A stretch of 62,684 nucleotides of DNA. Origin: Vicinamibacteria bacterium (lineage in GTDB: Bacteria > Acidobacteriota > Vicinamibacteria > Fen-336). The position numbers and the translations under genes are program-made. Location: NCBI GenBank assembly GCA_025923995.1, contig JAICEW010000002.1, forward strand, positions 1 to 62,684, written 5' to 3'. The notes under the pieces are model-generated. The model saw only the letters and a program-made list of their open reading frames with translations. It ran no database searches and had not been told where the DNA came from. This document shows positions 31,432 through 40,484 of the stretch, in pieces; the first letter of the stretch is position 1; each line of letters starts with the position of its first letter.

Positions 31432-33983
31432 TGGGCGGCCGGATCGTCACCTTCTACTCCTACAAGGGCGGCACGGGGCGGTCGATGGCGCTGGCCAACG
31501 TGGCGTGGGTGCTCGCCAGCAACGGCGCCCGCGTGCTGGTGGTCGACTGGGACCTCGAGGCTCCGGGCCTGCATCGCTACTTCCGTCCGTTCCTGACCGA
31601 CAAGGACCTGGTGGGCTTCGAGTCCGAGGGCGTGATCGACTTCGTGCTGGACGTGGCGCACCGCCTGGCCACGCCGAGCGCCGAGACGGCGCCTCGCGAC
31701 CAGCGCTGGATCGACGAGCACGCCGACGTGTCGCAGTGGACCAAGCGCCTGACCTGGCCCTCGGGCGAAGATGCCGTCACCGGCCTGAAGGGAACGATCG
31801 ACTTCGTCCCCGCGGGGCGCCAGGGGCCGCAGTACGCCCAGCGCGTCAACTCCTTCGACTGGGCGGGCTTCTACGAGAAGTACAACGGGGGCGCGTTCAT
31901 GGACGCCTTGCGCCGCAGCATGGAGCGCTACGACTGGGTGCTCATCGACAGCCGCACGGGCGTGAGCGACACCTCGGGCATCTGCACGGTGCATTTCCCC
32001 GACACGCTCGTCGTCTGCTTCACGCTCAACTACCAGAACATCGACGGCGGGGCCGCGGTCGCGGCGTCGGCGCGCGCGCAGCGCAAGGATCGCGAGCTGC
32101 GCATCCTGCCGCTGCCGACGCGCCTGGACGGGAACGAGGAGAAGTCGCTCAAGGCGATGATGGCCCACGCGCGCCGGAGGTTCGACGGCCTGCTGGACTC
32201 GCGCGTCGATCCCGAGAAGTACTGGCGCGAGATGGGCGTGCCCTACTTCTCGCGCTACGCCTACGCGGAGAAGCTGGCGCCCTTCGAGGACCAGGTCAAC
32301 GTCTCCACGTCCACCCTGCCGGCGATGGAGCGCCTCGTCTGGTACCTCTCCGACGGCCTCATGAGCTCCCTGCGGCCGCTGCCGGAGGCGCATCGCCTTT
32401 CGGCCCTGAGCGAATACGAGCAGGTGGACGACGCCTCGCGCGAAGCCGCGATGCCCGGGGCGGTCGCTTCCGCGAGAGGCGCAGGAGGATTCCTCCGCGA
32501 ACTCCGCATCAACCTGGTCCGCAGCTGGTATGCGTCCAGCGCCGTCGCGCGCGGGCTGTTCTCGCTGGCGGTCCCGCTGACGTTCGTCGCCTTCTACCTG
32601 GGCGGTGCGTTCAGCCGCAGCCCACCTTCGACGTCGACGCTCGTCAGCAAGCTCATCGCGGAAGCCAACACGGCGCGGGCACAGGAAAGGCTCGAGCGGT
32701 CGGCCCTCCTCGTGGCCGAGGCGGCGGCACGTCTCGATCCTGCGACCGTGGTGAGCGAGTCGAGCGAGTCCGGCAAGGAGGTGTTCACCGCGTTGCGGGC
32801 TCTGCAACCCTTCCGGCTGGCGTCGTCCGACTCATCGAGCGCACCTTCGCTCCCCGTCGCCACGCGCGCCCCCCGCTACGGGACGCGCGGCGTCGCCTTC
32901 AGCCCGGACGGACGGTTCCTGGCGAGCACCGGGCCCGCGCAGCCGGCCAACCTCTTCCGCTTTCCCCTCGGGAACACCACGGGGCCCGCGATCGAGTCCG
33001 GCTATTCCGCCATCGCCTTCAGCCCCGACTCGCGCTACCTGGCCTCCGGCGGACGCAACGGGAGCCTCATCGTCGTCGACCTGTCGACCGGCGCGCGCGT
33101 CTGGCAATGGGAGAACCCCGACCCTGATTCCGCCTGGGTCACGGCCATCGCCTTCAGCCCCGATGGCAACGTCGTCGCGGCGGGAACCGATACCGGGCAG
33201 GTGCTGGTCGCGCGCGTCGATCCCTGGCGGGAGCTCACTTCGTTCCGCGAGCCCGGCGTGACCGCGCTCGCGTTCAGCCCCGACTCGAAGTGGCTCGCGA
33301 CGGGCGGAAAGGAGGGCGCGCATCTGTGGTCCATCGAGAAGCGGGCCCTCGATCGGGAGCTCGTCACGTCGGAAGGCGCGGTGGTGACCATCGTCTTCGC
33401 CGGCAACGACCTGGTCATCCGCACCGAGGGGCGGACGCAGTCCTTCCGCGCGACGGGCGGCGACTCGTCCGCGGTCACGGGCCCGATTCCGACCACTGCG
33501 TATGCCCTCGCGATCACCCCCGACGCCGCCACCGTGGCCTACGCGGACGGGCCGACCGTGCATGTGCAGTCCGTGACGCCCGCCGAGCCGATGGTCGAGC
33601 GGCGTTCGGCACGCTTCGAGTTCCCCGACGTCACCAGCATGGCCTTCAGCCCCGGCGGCGACATGCTCGCCTGCGGGGGCGTGAGCGGGGAGCTTCGCGT
33701 CTGGCGGCTCGACGGCGGCCCCTCCGCGTCGCCCCTCCCCTCGATCCGCTTCCCGTCCGTGAACGCGATCTCGATGAGCGCGGACCTGAGGTTCGTCGCC
33801 GTGGCGGCTCGCGAAGGCACCTACCTCGCGTTCCTGCCGACCGACAGCTCCACGGCCCTCTCCGCCACGCAGGCGCGGAGCCTCGCCTGCAGCCAGGCCG
33901 GCGGTGCACGCCTGACCCAGGAGGACTGGGCGCGCCACTTCGGCTCGGAACCGCTCCGCGATTCCTGCGCCGGCGGCTTCTAG
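31431..33983 (+). CDS. MinD/ParA-type (KGG motif) ATPase + TM helix + WD40 propeller
   Basis: TGATG coupling; TFYSYKGGTGRSMALAN, VDWDLEAPGL, LIDSRTG; hydrophobic FSLAVPLTFVAFYLGG; repeated AFSP(D/G) WD40 blades. Confidence 0.88.
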   Translation: MGGRIVTFYSYKGGTGRSMALANVAWVLASNGARVLVVDWDLEAPGLHRYFRPFLTDKDLVGFESEGVIDFVLDVAHRLATPSAETAPRDQRWIDEHADVSQWTKRLTWPSGEDAVTGLKGTIDFVPAGRQGPQYAQRVNSFDWAGFYEKYNGGAFMDALRRSMERYDWVLIDSRTGVSDTSGICTVHFPDTLVVCFTLNYQNIDGGAAVAASARAQRKDRELRILPLPTRLDGNEEKSLKAMMAHARRRFDGLLDSRVDPEKYWREMGVPYFSRYAYAEKLAPFEDQVNVSTSTLPAMERLVWYLSDGLMSSLRPLPEAHRLSALSEYEQVDDASREAAMPGAVASARGAGGFLRELRINLVRSWYASSAVARGLFSLAVPLTFVAFYLGGAFSRSPPSTSTLVSKLIAEANTARAQERLERSALLVAEAAARLDPATVVSESSESGKEVFTALRALQPFRLASSDSSSAPSLPVATRAPRYGTRGVAFSPDGRFLASTGPAQPANLFRFPLGNTTGPAIESGYSAIAFSPDSRYLASGGRNGSLIVVDLSTGARVWQWENPDPDSAWVTAIAFSPDGNVVAAGTDTGQVLVARVDPWRELTSFREPGVTALAFSPDSKWLATGGKEGAHLWSIEKRALDRELVTSEGAVVTIVFAGNDLVIRTEGRTQSFRATGGDSSAVTGPIPTTAYALAITPDAATVAYADGPTVHVQSVTPAEPMVERRSARFEFPDVTSMAFSPGGDMLACGGVSGELRVWRLDGGPSASPLPSIRFPSVNAISMSADLRFVAVAAREGTYLAFLPTDSSTALSATQARSLACSQAGGARLTQEDWARHFGSEPLRDSCAGGF

Positions 33984-34015
33984 GCCGCACGCAGAGCCGG
34001 GAGTGACAAACGACT

Positions 34016-34030
34016 GGCGGCGGGAGTTGA
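34016..34030. repeat. 15-bp duplicate of the tmRNA T-arm region (att-like scar)
   Basis: GGCGGCGGGAGTTGA at 34016-34030 is identical to 34078-34092. Confidence 0.75.
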
Positions 34031-34070
34031 CGCCAATGAGCGACGTCTCGACGCTCGCGCGAAGCGCGGG

Positions 34071-34431
34071 TGGTGGAGGCGGCGGGAGTTGAACCCGCGT
34101 CCGGAAAATCGCCGGCGAGAGAGACTACAGGCTTAGTCCGACCTGGAGTTTCGCCGTCGCCGTGAAGGCCGGACAAAACCGGCGGCGGCTAGTCCGATTG
34201 ATCTCGCCCTCCGCCTACGGACCGAAGGCTCGGGGCCAGCCCACCTTGATGACGCTCTGTCCAACCGCCGTGGGCGGGCAGCCGGCAGAGCGGGTTACCT
34301 AACGGTTAGTTAGGCAGCCAGCGCCAAGTTATCGTTGGCAGCTATGGTTTTTCCACCTGATTTACGAGCAGGTAGACACGCTCGGCCTGCCTCGCTCGGG
34401 GTCAGTTTCCCGTCGAAACCGTGACGCCCCC
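34071..34431 (-). ncRNA. ssrA: tmRNA
   Basis: 5' GGGGGCG, 3' ...CGCCTCCACCA; tag reading frame ANDNLALAA* at 34339-34310. Confidence 0.97.
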
Positions 34432-34443
34432 GTCGAAACACCT

Positions 34444-35352
34444 TCATTGTACCACCCGCGCGGTCGACAGGCCGAGCGCCCGCAGGTGCTTCTCGCCCCC
34501 GGGCGCGTTCAGCTTCCAGTAGGCCAGGCGCGTCGATCCCAGCAGGACGGCCTCTTCGCCCGACGTCGAGGTCCGCCGCACCAGCCGATACGGCGGATCG
34601 GCCTCGAACTGCAGCGTCGTGGTCGGCCCTCCCTCCTGGGCCACCGTCCACGTGGTCGCCCGGAAGCGTCCCGCGGGCGTCGTCACGGTCTCGACCGCGG
34701 CCGCGCGCGCGATCTCGGCGCGTCCCCACGCCAGCGGCTTGTGCCCGAGCCGCGACGACAGCAGGCTGGGGAGGAACGGCACGCTCTTCTTCTGGCCCGG
34801 CTTCAGGAGCTCGCCCTGCCACCCGCGCAGGAGGATGGGCAGCACGTCCTCGAACACGCCGTCCGCCGGCATCGAAAGGTCGTCGGAGCCGTCCGCCTCG
34901 CCGTCGAAGTAGCTGTGGAAGATCCCCGGCACGCGCCCGCCGCGCGGCGTGAGATGGTGGTAGACGAGGCCGCACCACTCCTGGCTCGAGAAGCTCACCT
35001 TCGCGATCGGCCAGCCCGCGGCCACGCGCGCGAACACGGACGTCATCACGTCGTAGTGGTAGATGCCCGTCTGGAAGTCGCGCACCTCGTTCAGCTTCAT
35101 CACCGGGTACACGTCCGTCTTCGGGTGCTTCCCCGGATCGGCCTTCACGCGCAGCGAGTCGCTGAAGTCCTCCGTCACGAAGATCAGCACGGCCGTCCCG
35201 TCGCGCACCGCGCCGTAGCGCGGCTGCTTGAGGCGATAGCCGCTCAGCTCCGCCTGGCCGTCCCCCCAGTGCTTCCAGAAATCGGGCGGACCCTGGGCGG
35301 ACACGGTGCGGGACAACAGCGACACGAGCAGGACGGCGAGACGAGTGCGCAT
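34444..35352 (-). CDS. Conserved hypothetical exported protein
   Basis: Signal peptide; FWKHWGDGQAELSGY, LIFVTEDF, KVSFSSQEWCG, HSYFDGEAD. Confidence 0.8.
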   Translation of the reverse strand: MRTRLAVLLVSLLSRTVSAQGPPDFWKHWGDGQAELSGYRLKQPRYGAVRDGTAVLIFVTEDFSDSLRVKADPGKHPKTDVYPVMKLNEVRDFQTGIYHYDVMTSVFARVAAGWPIAKVSFSSQEWCGLVYHHLTPRGGRVPGIFHSYFDGEADGSDDLSMPADGVFEDVLPILLRGWQGELLKPGQKKSVPFLPSLLSSRLGHKPLAWGRAEIARAAAVETVTTPAGRFRATTWTVAQEGGPTTTLQFEADPPYRLVRRTSTSGEEAVLLGSTRLAYWKLNAPGGEKHLRALGLSTARVVQ

Positions 35353-35368
35353 GGGTCCTCCGAGGGCG

Positions 35369-36043
35369 TCAGGCGCGCGCCACACCCACTTTCGCGCACA
35401 CGGCGTCGAGCGGGCAAGACGCGCAGAGCGGGCGCTTGCGGCAGACCTGCTTGGCCAGGACCACGATCTGCGCGTGGTAGTCGTTGAACAGCGCGGCGTC
35501 GGCCGGCAGGCCCTCGTGGAAGAGGCGCTGGACCTCGTCGTAGCTCTCCCCTCCCCGCAGCAGGCCCAGCCGCTCGAACACGCGCCGCGTGTAGGCGTCC
35601 ACCACGAAGGACGGCAGCCCCGCGGCGTAGAGCACGATGCAGTCGGCGGTCTCGGGGCCGATCCCGTGGACGCGAAGCAGCGCGGCCCGCAAGGTCACGG
35701 CCCGACTCGAGGCCATGCGCTCGGCCACGCCGCCGTACTCGGACTCGAGGAAGTCCAGGAACGCCCGCACGCGGCGCGCCTTCACCTGGAACGTCCCCGA
35801 CGGCCGGATGAGCCGCGCGATGGCCGCCGCCCGCAGCGGGTGGAGCGCGCGATGCGAGAGCAGCCGTCGCGAACGGATCGCGTGCAGCGCCTTCTCCACG
35901 TTCGTCCAGGCGGTGTTCTGCGTGAGGATCGCGCCCAGGCAGACCTCGAACGGCGTCTTCGCGGGCCACCACCCCGCGGGCCCGAAACGGGCACGCAGCG
36001 AGCCATAGATTCCGCGCAGGGACGGCGTTGCGGGAGCCTTCAC
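35369..36043 (-). CDS. Endonuclease III-related HhH-GPD DNA glycosylase
   Basis: GWWP..TPFEVCLGAILTQNTAW, HGIGPETAD, FVVDAYTRR, C-terminal C..RPLCASCPL...C. Confidence 0.9.
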   Translation of the reverse strand: MKAPATPSLRGIYGSLRARFGPAGWWPAKTPFEVCLGAILTQNTAWTNVEKALHAIRSRRLLSHRALHPLRAAAIARLIRPSGTFQVKARRVRAFLDFLESEYGGVAERMASSRAVTLRAALLRVHGIGPETADCIVLYAAGLPSFVVDAYTRRVFERLGLLRGGESYDEVQRLFHEGLPADAALFNDYHAQIVVLAKQVCRKRPLCASCPLDAVCAKVGVARA

Positions 36044-36170
36044 CCCCCGACGATAGCCTCCAGGGGACCCCATGCTCACGTGATCTGTGCATTGACAGTG
36101 CGTAAGCCCACCTCCATAATCGCTAAACTCAGGCAGAGACGGGCTTTCTGGGCGGACGGCCGAGGTGGAG

Positions 36171-37445
36171 ATGAGTCTACAAGACGAGCTCAAGGGCAAG
36201 ACGCTCGCCCTCATCAGCCAGCAGATGAACAACTGGGTGGTGGAGATCCAGCGGCACATCGGCCGCCATCAGGAGACGCTCGTCCGGGCCCTGGACGAGC
36301 TGCAGGAGACGGTCGCGCGCTACGACGAGCGGATCGACGAGGGCGAGATCGGGCGCGCGATGTCCGAGGTGGTCGCGGCCCAGCCGCCTCCCGCGCCGTC
36401 CGGACCCGGCTTCGGCCGCCTCAAGACGTCCCTGGCCGCCATCGAGAAGGGCACCAGCCTGAGCGAGGTGCTGACATACCTCGTGAACGAGGTCTCGCAG
36501 TACGTCGAACGCTCCGCCATGTTCATCGTCAAGGGGCCGAGCGCGATCGGCTGGTACTCGCGCGGCTTCGACGGCACGCCCGAGACCATCAAGCAGGTCA
36601 ACATCCCCCTCGGCACCGACACCCTCTTCCGGCCCGTGCACAACCAGCGCCAGGCGCTGCGGATGGCGCTCGCCGACACGCCCGGCACGGTGGAGGCGCT
36701 GGCGCGCCTGGGCGGCCGGCCGCGCGGCGCGCTGGCGGTCCCGCTGATCCTGCGCGACAAGCTGGCGGCCATCCTGTACTGCGACACGGCGCAGGCCGAG
36801 ATCCCCGAGAGCGTGGCGGACCTGATCGAGCTGCTCGTGGTGTTCGCGGGCAAGATCGTGGACGTCATCTCGGTCGCGCCCAAGGCGGCCGTCGGCCGCA
36901 CCACGAGCTCGGGCACCAGCACCGAGCGCGCCGCCGCCATCCGCTCGGGCGGGGACGAGGTGCGCGAGCGGGCCGGCGTGCCGCCGCGGCCGCCCTCGCA
37001 GCCGGAGCGGCCGCTGGCGTCGCCCGGCACGTCGCCGGACGAGAGCGCGTCCACCATCATGTTCAACCCCGGCGCCGTGGCCCAGGTGCGGGCCGCGGCC
37101 GCCGCGGCCACGGCGTCGACCGCCACCCCGGCGCGCCCCGCCGCGGCGCCTCCGCCGGCCGCGGCTCCGGCCGTGCTCACGCCCGAGGCGCAGAAGGCGC
37201 ACGAGGACGCCAAACGTTTCGCGCGCCTGGTGGTGAGCGAGATCAAGCTGTACAACGAGACGAAGGTCAACGAGGGGCGGCGCGCCAAGGACCTCTACGA
37301 GCGCCTGAAGGAAGACATCGAGCGTGGCCGTCAGATGTACATGGACCGCGTGGCCGCTCCCATCCGCGAGACCACGAACTACTTCTACGATGAGCTGGTG
37401 CGGATCCTGGCCGGAGGCGACCCGAGCGCCCTTGGTCCGATGTAG
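36171..37445 (+). CDS. GAF domain protein with low-complexity linker and conserved-looking helical C-terminal domain
   Basis: LAVPLILRDKLAAILYCD (GAF); Pro/Ala linker; AKRFARLVVSEIKLYN...YFYDELVRILAGGD. Confidence 0.75.
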   Translation: MSLQDELKGKTLALISQQMNNWVVEIQRHIGRHQETLVRALDELQETVARYDERIDEGEIGRAMSEVVAAQPPPAPSGPGFGRLKTSLAAIEKGTSLSEVLTYLVNEVSQYVERSAMFIVKGPSAIGWYSRGFDGTPETIKQVNIPLGTDTLFRPVHNQRQALRMALADTPGTVEALARLGGRPRGALAVPLILRDKLAAILYCDTAQAEIPESVADLIELLVVFAGKIVDVISVAPKAAVGRTTSSGTSTERAAAIRSGGDEVRERAGVPPRPPSQPERPLASPGTSPDESASTIMFNPGAVAQVRAAAAAATASTATPARPAAAPPPAAAPAVLTPEAQKAHEDAKRFARLVVSEIKLYNETKVNEGRRAKDLYERLKEDIERGRQMYMDRVAAPIRETTNYFYDELVRILAGGDPSALGPM

Positions 37446-39588
37446 CCTCCGGCGCCTGCTTCCGCCGGCCGTCGCGGTCGTCCTCGTCGCCCTGCTGTCG
37501 TCCTCCGCAGCCGCGCACACCTGGGTCGATCCCGAGCCCGCCAACCCGGGGGAGGCCGCGGTGCGCGGAGCCATCGACGCGGGACTCGCGGGAGCGGCCC
37601 GCGCGGACGCCCTCAAGCGCGTGGCGGAGCAGAACCCCGCGAGCGTCGCGGCGGGCCTGGCCCAGATCGAGGCGGGCCTGACCCTGATGGAGGGCGGACG
37701 CACCGCGGCCGCGCTCCCCTTCTTCGAGTCGCCGGACGTCCGCCGCACCGCGCTCGCCGACTACGCGCTCGCGGGGATGGCGGAGTCGTTCGCGGCGCTG
37801 GGCCGGGCGCAGCGCGCCGCGGACTCCGCGGCCGCGCTCGTCCTGGCGCACCCGCAGAGCCCGCTGCTGTGCCAGGCCCTCGCGCTGGGGGCGGAGTCGG
37901 AGGAGAAGGCCGGCCGCGCGGCCCGCGCGGTCCCCGTGTACGAGCGCCTGCTCGGCTCCTGTCCGGGCTTCGAGCCGCGGACGCTGCTGCGGCTGGCGAC
38001 GCTGCGGGCGCGCGCGGGCGACGGGAAGGCGGCGGGAGCCGCCTACGAGCGCCTCGATCGGGAGTTCCCCGCGTCGACCGAGGCGAAGGAGGCGCGGCGC
38101 ACGCTCCGTACGCTCGAGGCCCAGCTGCCCGCCCCCGGCTCGCCCGGCCGGCGCGAGCGCGACGCGAAGAAGGCGGCGGCGCTCGCCGACGACGGCCAGT
38201 ACCGCGAGGCGGTCGCGCTGCTCCGCGCGAGCATCGGGCCCGGGCTCACGGGCCAGCCCGCGGACGAGGCGAACGTGAGGATGGGCCGCGCGCTGGTCGT
38301 GCTGAAGCGCGAGCGGGAGGCCGTCGCCTACCTGAAGGCGGTTCCGCGCACGTCGCCGCTGGCGGCGGAGGCCGCGTTCCAGCTGGCGAAGATCGACGCG
38401 CGGCGCACGCGCGGCGCCCAGCCCTACGAGGCCGTCGTCGCTGGATTCCCCGGAACGCCCTGGGCCGAGGACGCGCTGCTGAGCCTCGCGAACCACTACT
38501 TGAAGGACGGCCGCTACGGCGAAGCGGCGCCGTACCTCACGCGCCTGCTGCGCGAGTTCCCCGAGGGCCGATACCTGGAGCGCGCGACGTGGAGCGTCGG
38601 CTGGTGGGAGTACCGCAGCGGGCGGTTCCAGGGCGCGGTGGACCTGTGGGAGAAGGCGGCCCGCCAGCGCCCGACGAGCGGCTGGGCGCCGCAGTTCCTC
38701 TACTGGGCCGCGCGCGCCCGCGCGGGTCTGCAGCAGCACGACCGCGCCGCGTCGCTCTACCAGGAGACGGTCCGGCGCTACAAGCACACCTACCACGGGC
38801 TGCTGGCGGCGCAGGTGGTGGGCCCGCGCGTGCCGGCCGAGCCGACGCCGATCTCCTGGCAGCCGACCGCCGACCTGCCGGAGCCGACGCTGAGCCGCGT
38901 GCACCAGCTCCTGCTGATCGACCGGCTGGACGAGGCGCGCGCCGAGCTGCTGCGCGTGGCCGGCAGCGTGCAGGCCCAGTCCACGCTGGCCTGGATCGAG
39001 TGGAAGCGGGGCCGGCTGCGGCCCGCGATCACCGCCATGAAGCGCGCGCACCCCGAGTGGAAGAGCGAGGCGGGCGACCGGCTGCCCGCCGAGGTGTGGC
39101 ACATCATCTACCCGCTGCAGCACCGCGACGCGCTGGTGGCGCAGGCGCAGGCGCGAGAGCTCGACTCGTCCCTGGTGGCGGCGGTCATCTGGCAGGAGTC
39201 GACGTTCGACGCGGGCGCCGTGAGCAGCGCGGGCGCGCGCGGCCTGATGCAGGTGATGCCGTCCACGGGCCGGTCGCTGTTCCGGGGTCTGGGCCGCCGC
39301 GGGCGCACGCGCGACCTGCACGACCCCAAGACCAGCCTCGAGATCGGCACCCTCTACCTGAAGCAGATGCTCGACCGCTTCGGGGGCCGCGTCGAGCAGG
39401 CGCTGGCGGCGTACAATGCGGGCCCGCACCGGGTGGTCGCCTGGACGGCCGGACGCCCCGGCGTGTCCGCCGAGGAGTTCGTCGAGAGCATTCCCTTCAC
39501 GGAGACGCGGAACTACGTGATGAGCATCCTCGCCCACCGCGAGCACTACCGGCGCCTGTACGGCCTCGGGCCCGCCGCCGCCGACTGA
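37432..39588 (+). CDS. TPR-containing soluble lytic transglycosylase (Slt-like); start uncertain
   Basis: VIWQESTFD..AVSSAGARGLMQVMP, ALAAYNAGP, IPFTETRNYV; TPR-like helices. Confidence 0.9.
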   Translation: MVRCSLRRLLPPAVAVVLVALLSSSAAAHTWVDPEPANPGEAAVRGAIDAGLAGAARADALKRVAEQNPASVAAGLAQIEAGLTLMEGGRTAAALPFFESPDVRRTALADYALAGMAESFAALGRAQRAADSAAALVLAHPQSPLLCQALALGAESEEKAGRAARAVPVYERLLGSCPGFEPRTLLRLATLRARAGDGKAAGAAYERLDREFPASTEAKEARRTLRTLEAQLPAPGSPGRRERDAKKAAALADDGQYREAVALLRASIGPGLTGQPADEANVRMGRALVVLKREREAVAYLKAVPRTSPLAAEAAFQLAKIDARRTRGAQPYEAVVAGFPGTPWAEDALLSLANHYLKDGRYGEAAPYLTRLLREFPEGRYLERATWSVGWWEYRSGRFQGAVDLWEKAARQRPTSGWAPQFLYWAARARAGLQQHDRAASLYQETVRRYKHTYHGLLAAQVVGPRVPAEPTPISWQPTADLPEPTLSRVHQLLLIDRLDEARAELLRVAGSVQAQSTLAWIEWKRGRLRPAITAMKRAHPEWKSEAGDRLPAEVWHIIYPLQHRDALVAQAQARELDSSLVAAVIWQESTFDAGAVSSAGARGLMQVMPSTGRSLFRGLGRRGRTRDLHDPKTSLEIGTLYLKQMLDRFGGRVEQALAAYNAGPHRVVAWTAGRPGVSAEEFVESIPFTETRNYVMSILAHREHYRRLYGLGPAAAD

Positions 39589-39657
39589 CCCATGGGCTTC
39601 CGCATCGGCGACTTCAAGCTGCAGATCGATCCCAAGCTGCTGGAGAAAGGCAGGAAC

Positions 39658-40407
39658 ATGCGCAGCGACGGCCGCGCGCCGGACCAGCTCCGCCCGGTGA
39701 CCGTGACCCCGCGCTTCAACAAGCACGCGGAGGGCTCGGCGCTCATCGAGGTCGGCGACACCAAGGTGGTATGCACCGTGAGCGTGGAGGAGCGGGTGCC
39801 ACCCTTCCTGAAGGGCAAGGGTGAGGGCTGGATCACCTCCGAATACGGGATGCTCCCGCGCTCGACGAGCACGCGCTCGCAGCGCGAGGCGAGCCGGGGA
39901 CATCCCTCCGGCCGGACGCACGAGATCCAGCGCCTCATCGGCCGCTCGCTGCGTGCGGTCGTCGACATGAAGGCCCTGGGCGAGCGCACGCTGTGGGTCG
40001 ACTGCGACGTGATCCAGGCGGACGGGGGCACGCGCACCGCGGCCATCACCGGCTCGTTCGTCGCGCTGGTCGAGGCCCTGCGCCACATGAAGCGCGCGGG
40101 GCAGGTGGGCGAGCTGCCGCTGCTCGACTTCGTCGCCGCCACCTCGGTCGGCCGCGTCGGCGGCCAGATCCTGCTGGACCTCAACTACGAGGAGGACTCC
40201 AAGGCCGAGGTCGACATGAACATCGTGAAGACCGGCCGCGGCCTCTTCGTGGAGATCCAGGGCACGGCCGAGAGCACGCCCTTCGGCGACCCGGAGCTGG
40301 CGGCCCTGATGGCCGCGGCCGACAAGGGCATCCAGGAGCTGGTCGCGCTCCAGAAGAAGGTCCTGGGCGACGTCCCGCTCCGCGAGGTCAAGAAGCTGAA
40401 GCCCTGA
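39658..40407 (+). CDS. rph: Ribonuclease PH (possible upstream start at 39592)
   Basis: [58 protein letters not shown]. Confidence 0.96.
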   Translation: MRSDGRAPDQLRPVTVTPRFNKHAEGSALIEVGDTKVVCTVSVEERVPPFLKGKGEGWITSEYGMLPRSTSTRSQREASRGHPSGRTHEIQRLIGRSLRAVVDMKALGERTLWVDCDVIQADGGTRTAAITGSFVALVEALRHMKRAGQVGELPLLDFVAATSVGRVGGQILLDLNYEEDSKAEVDMNIVKTGRGLFVEIQGTAESTPFGDPELAALMAAADKGIQELVALQKKVLGDVPLREVKKLKP

Positions 40408-40484
40408 CGTTTCGGCGCGTCCTCAAGAGAACGCTTCGACCCCGCCGCTCGTCCTATCTGCATACGGACAACACGGAGGGGGTC

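Noticed and set aside
34310-34978. ORF ending in ANDNLALAA
   Set aside because: Its 3' end is the tmRNA tag frame; the upstream part is a shadow of the 34444..35352 gene
39592-39657. 22-aa N-terminal extension of RNase PH
   Set aside because: The internal ATG 39658 matches the canonical start and has a purine-rich SD; cannot decide without homolog alignment
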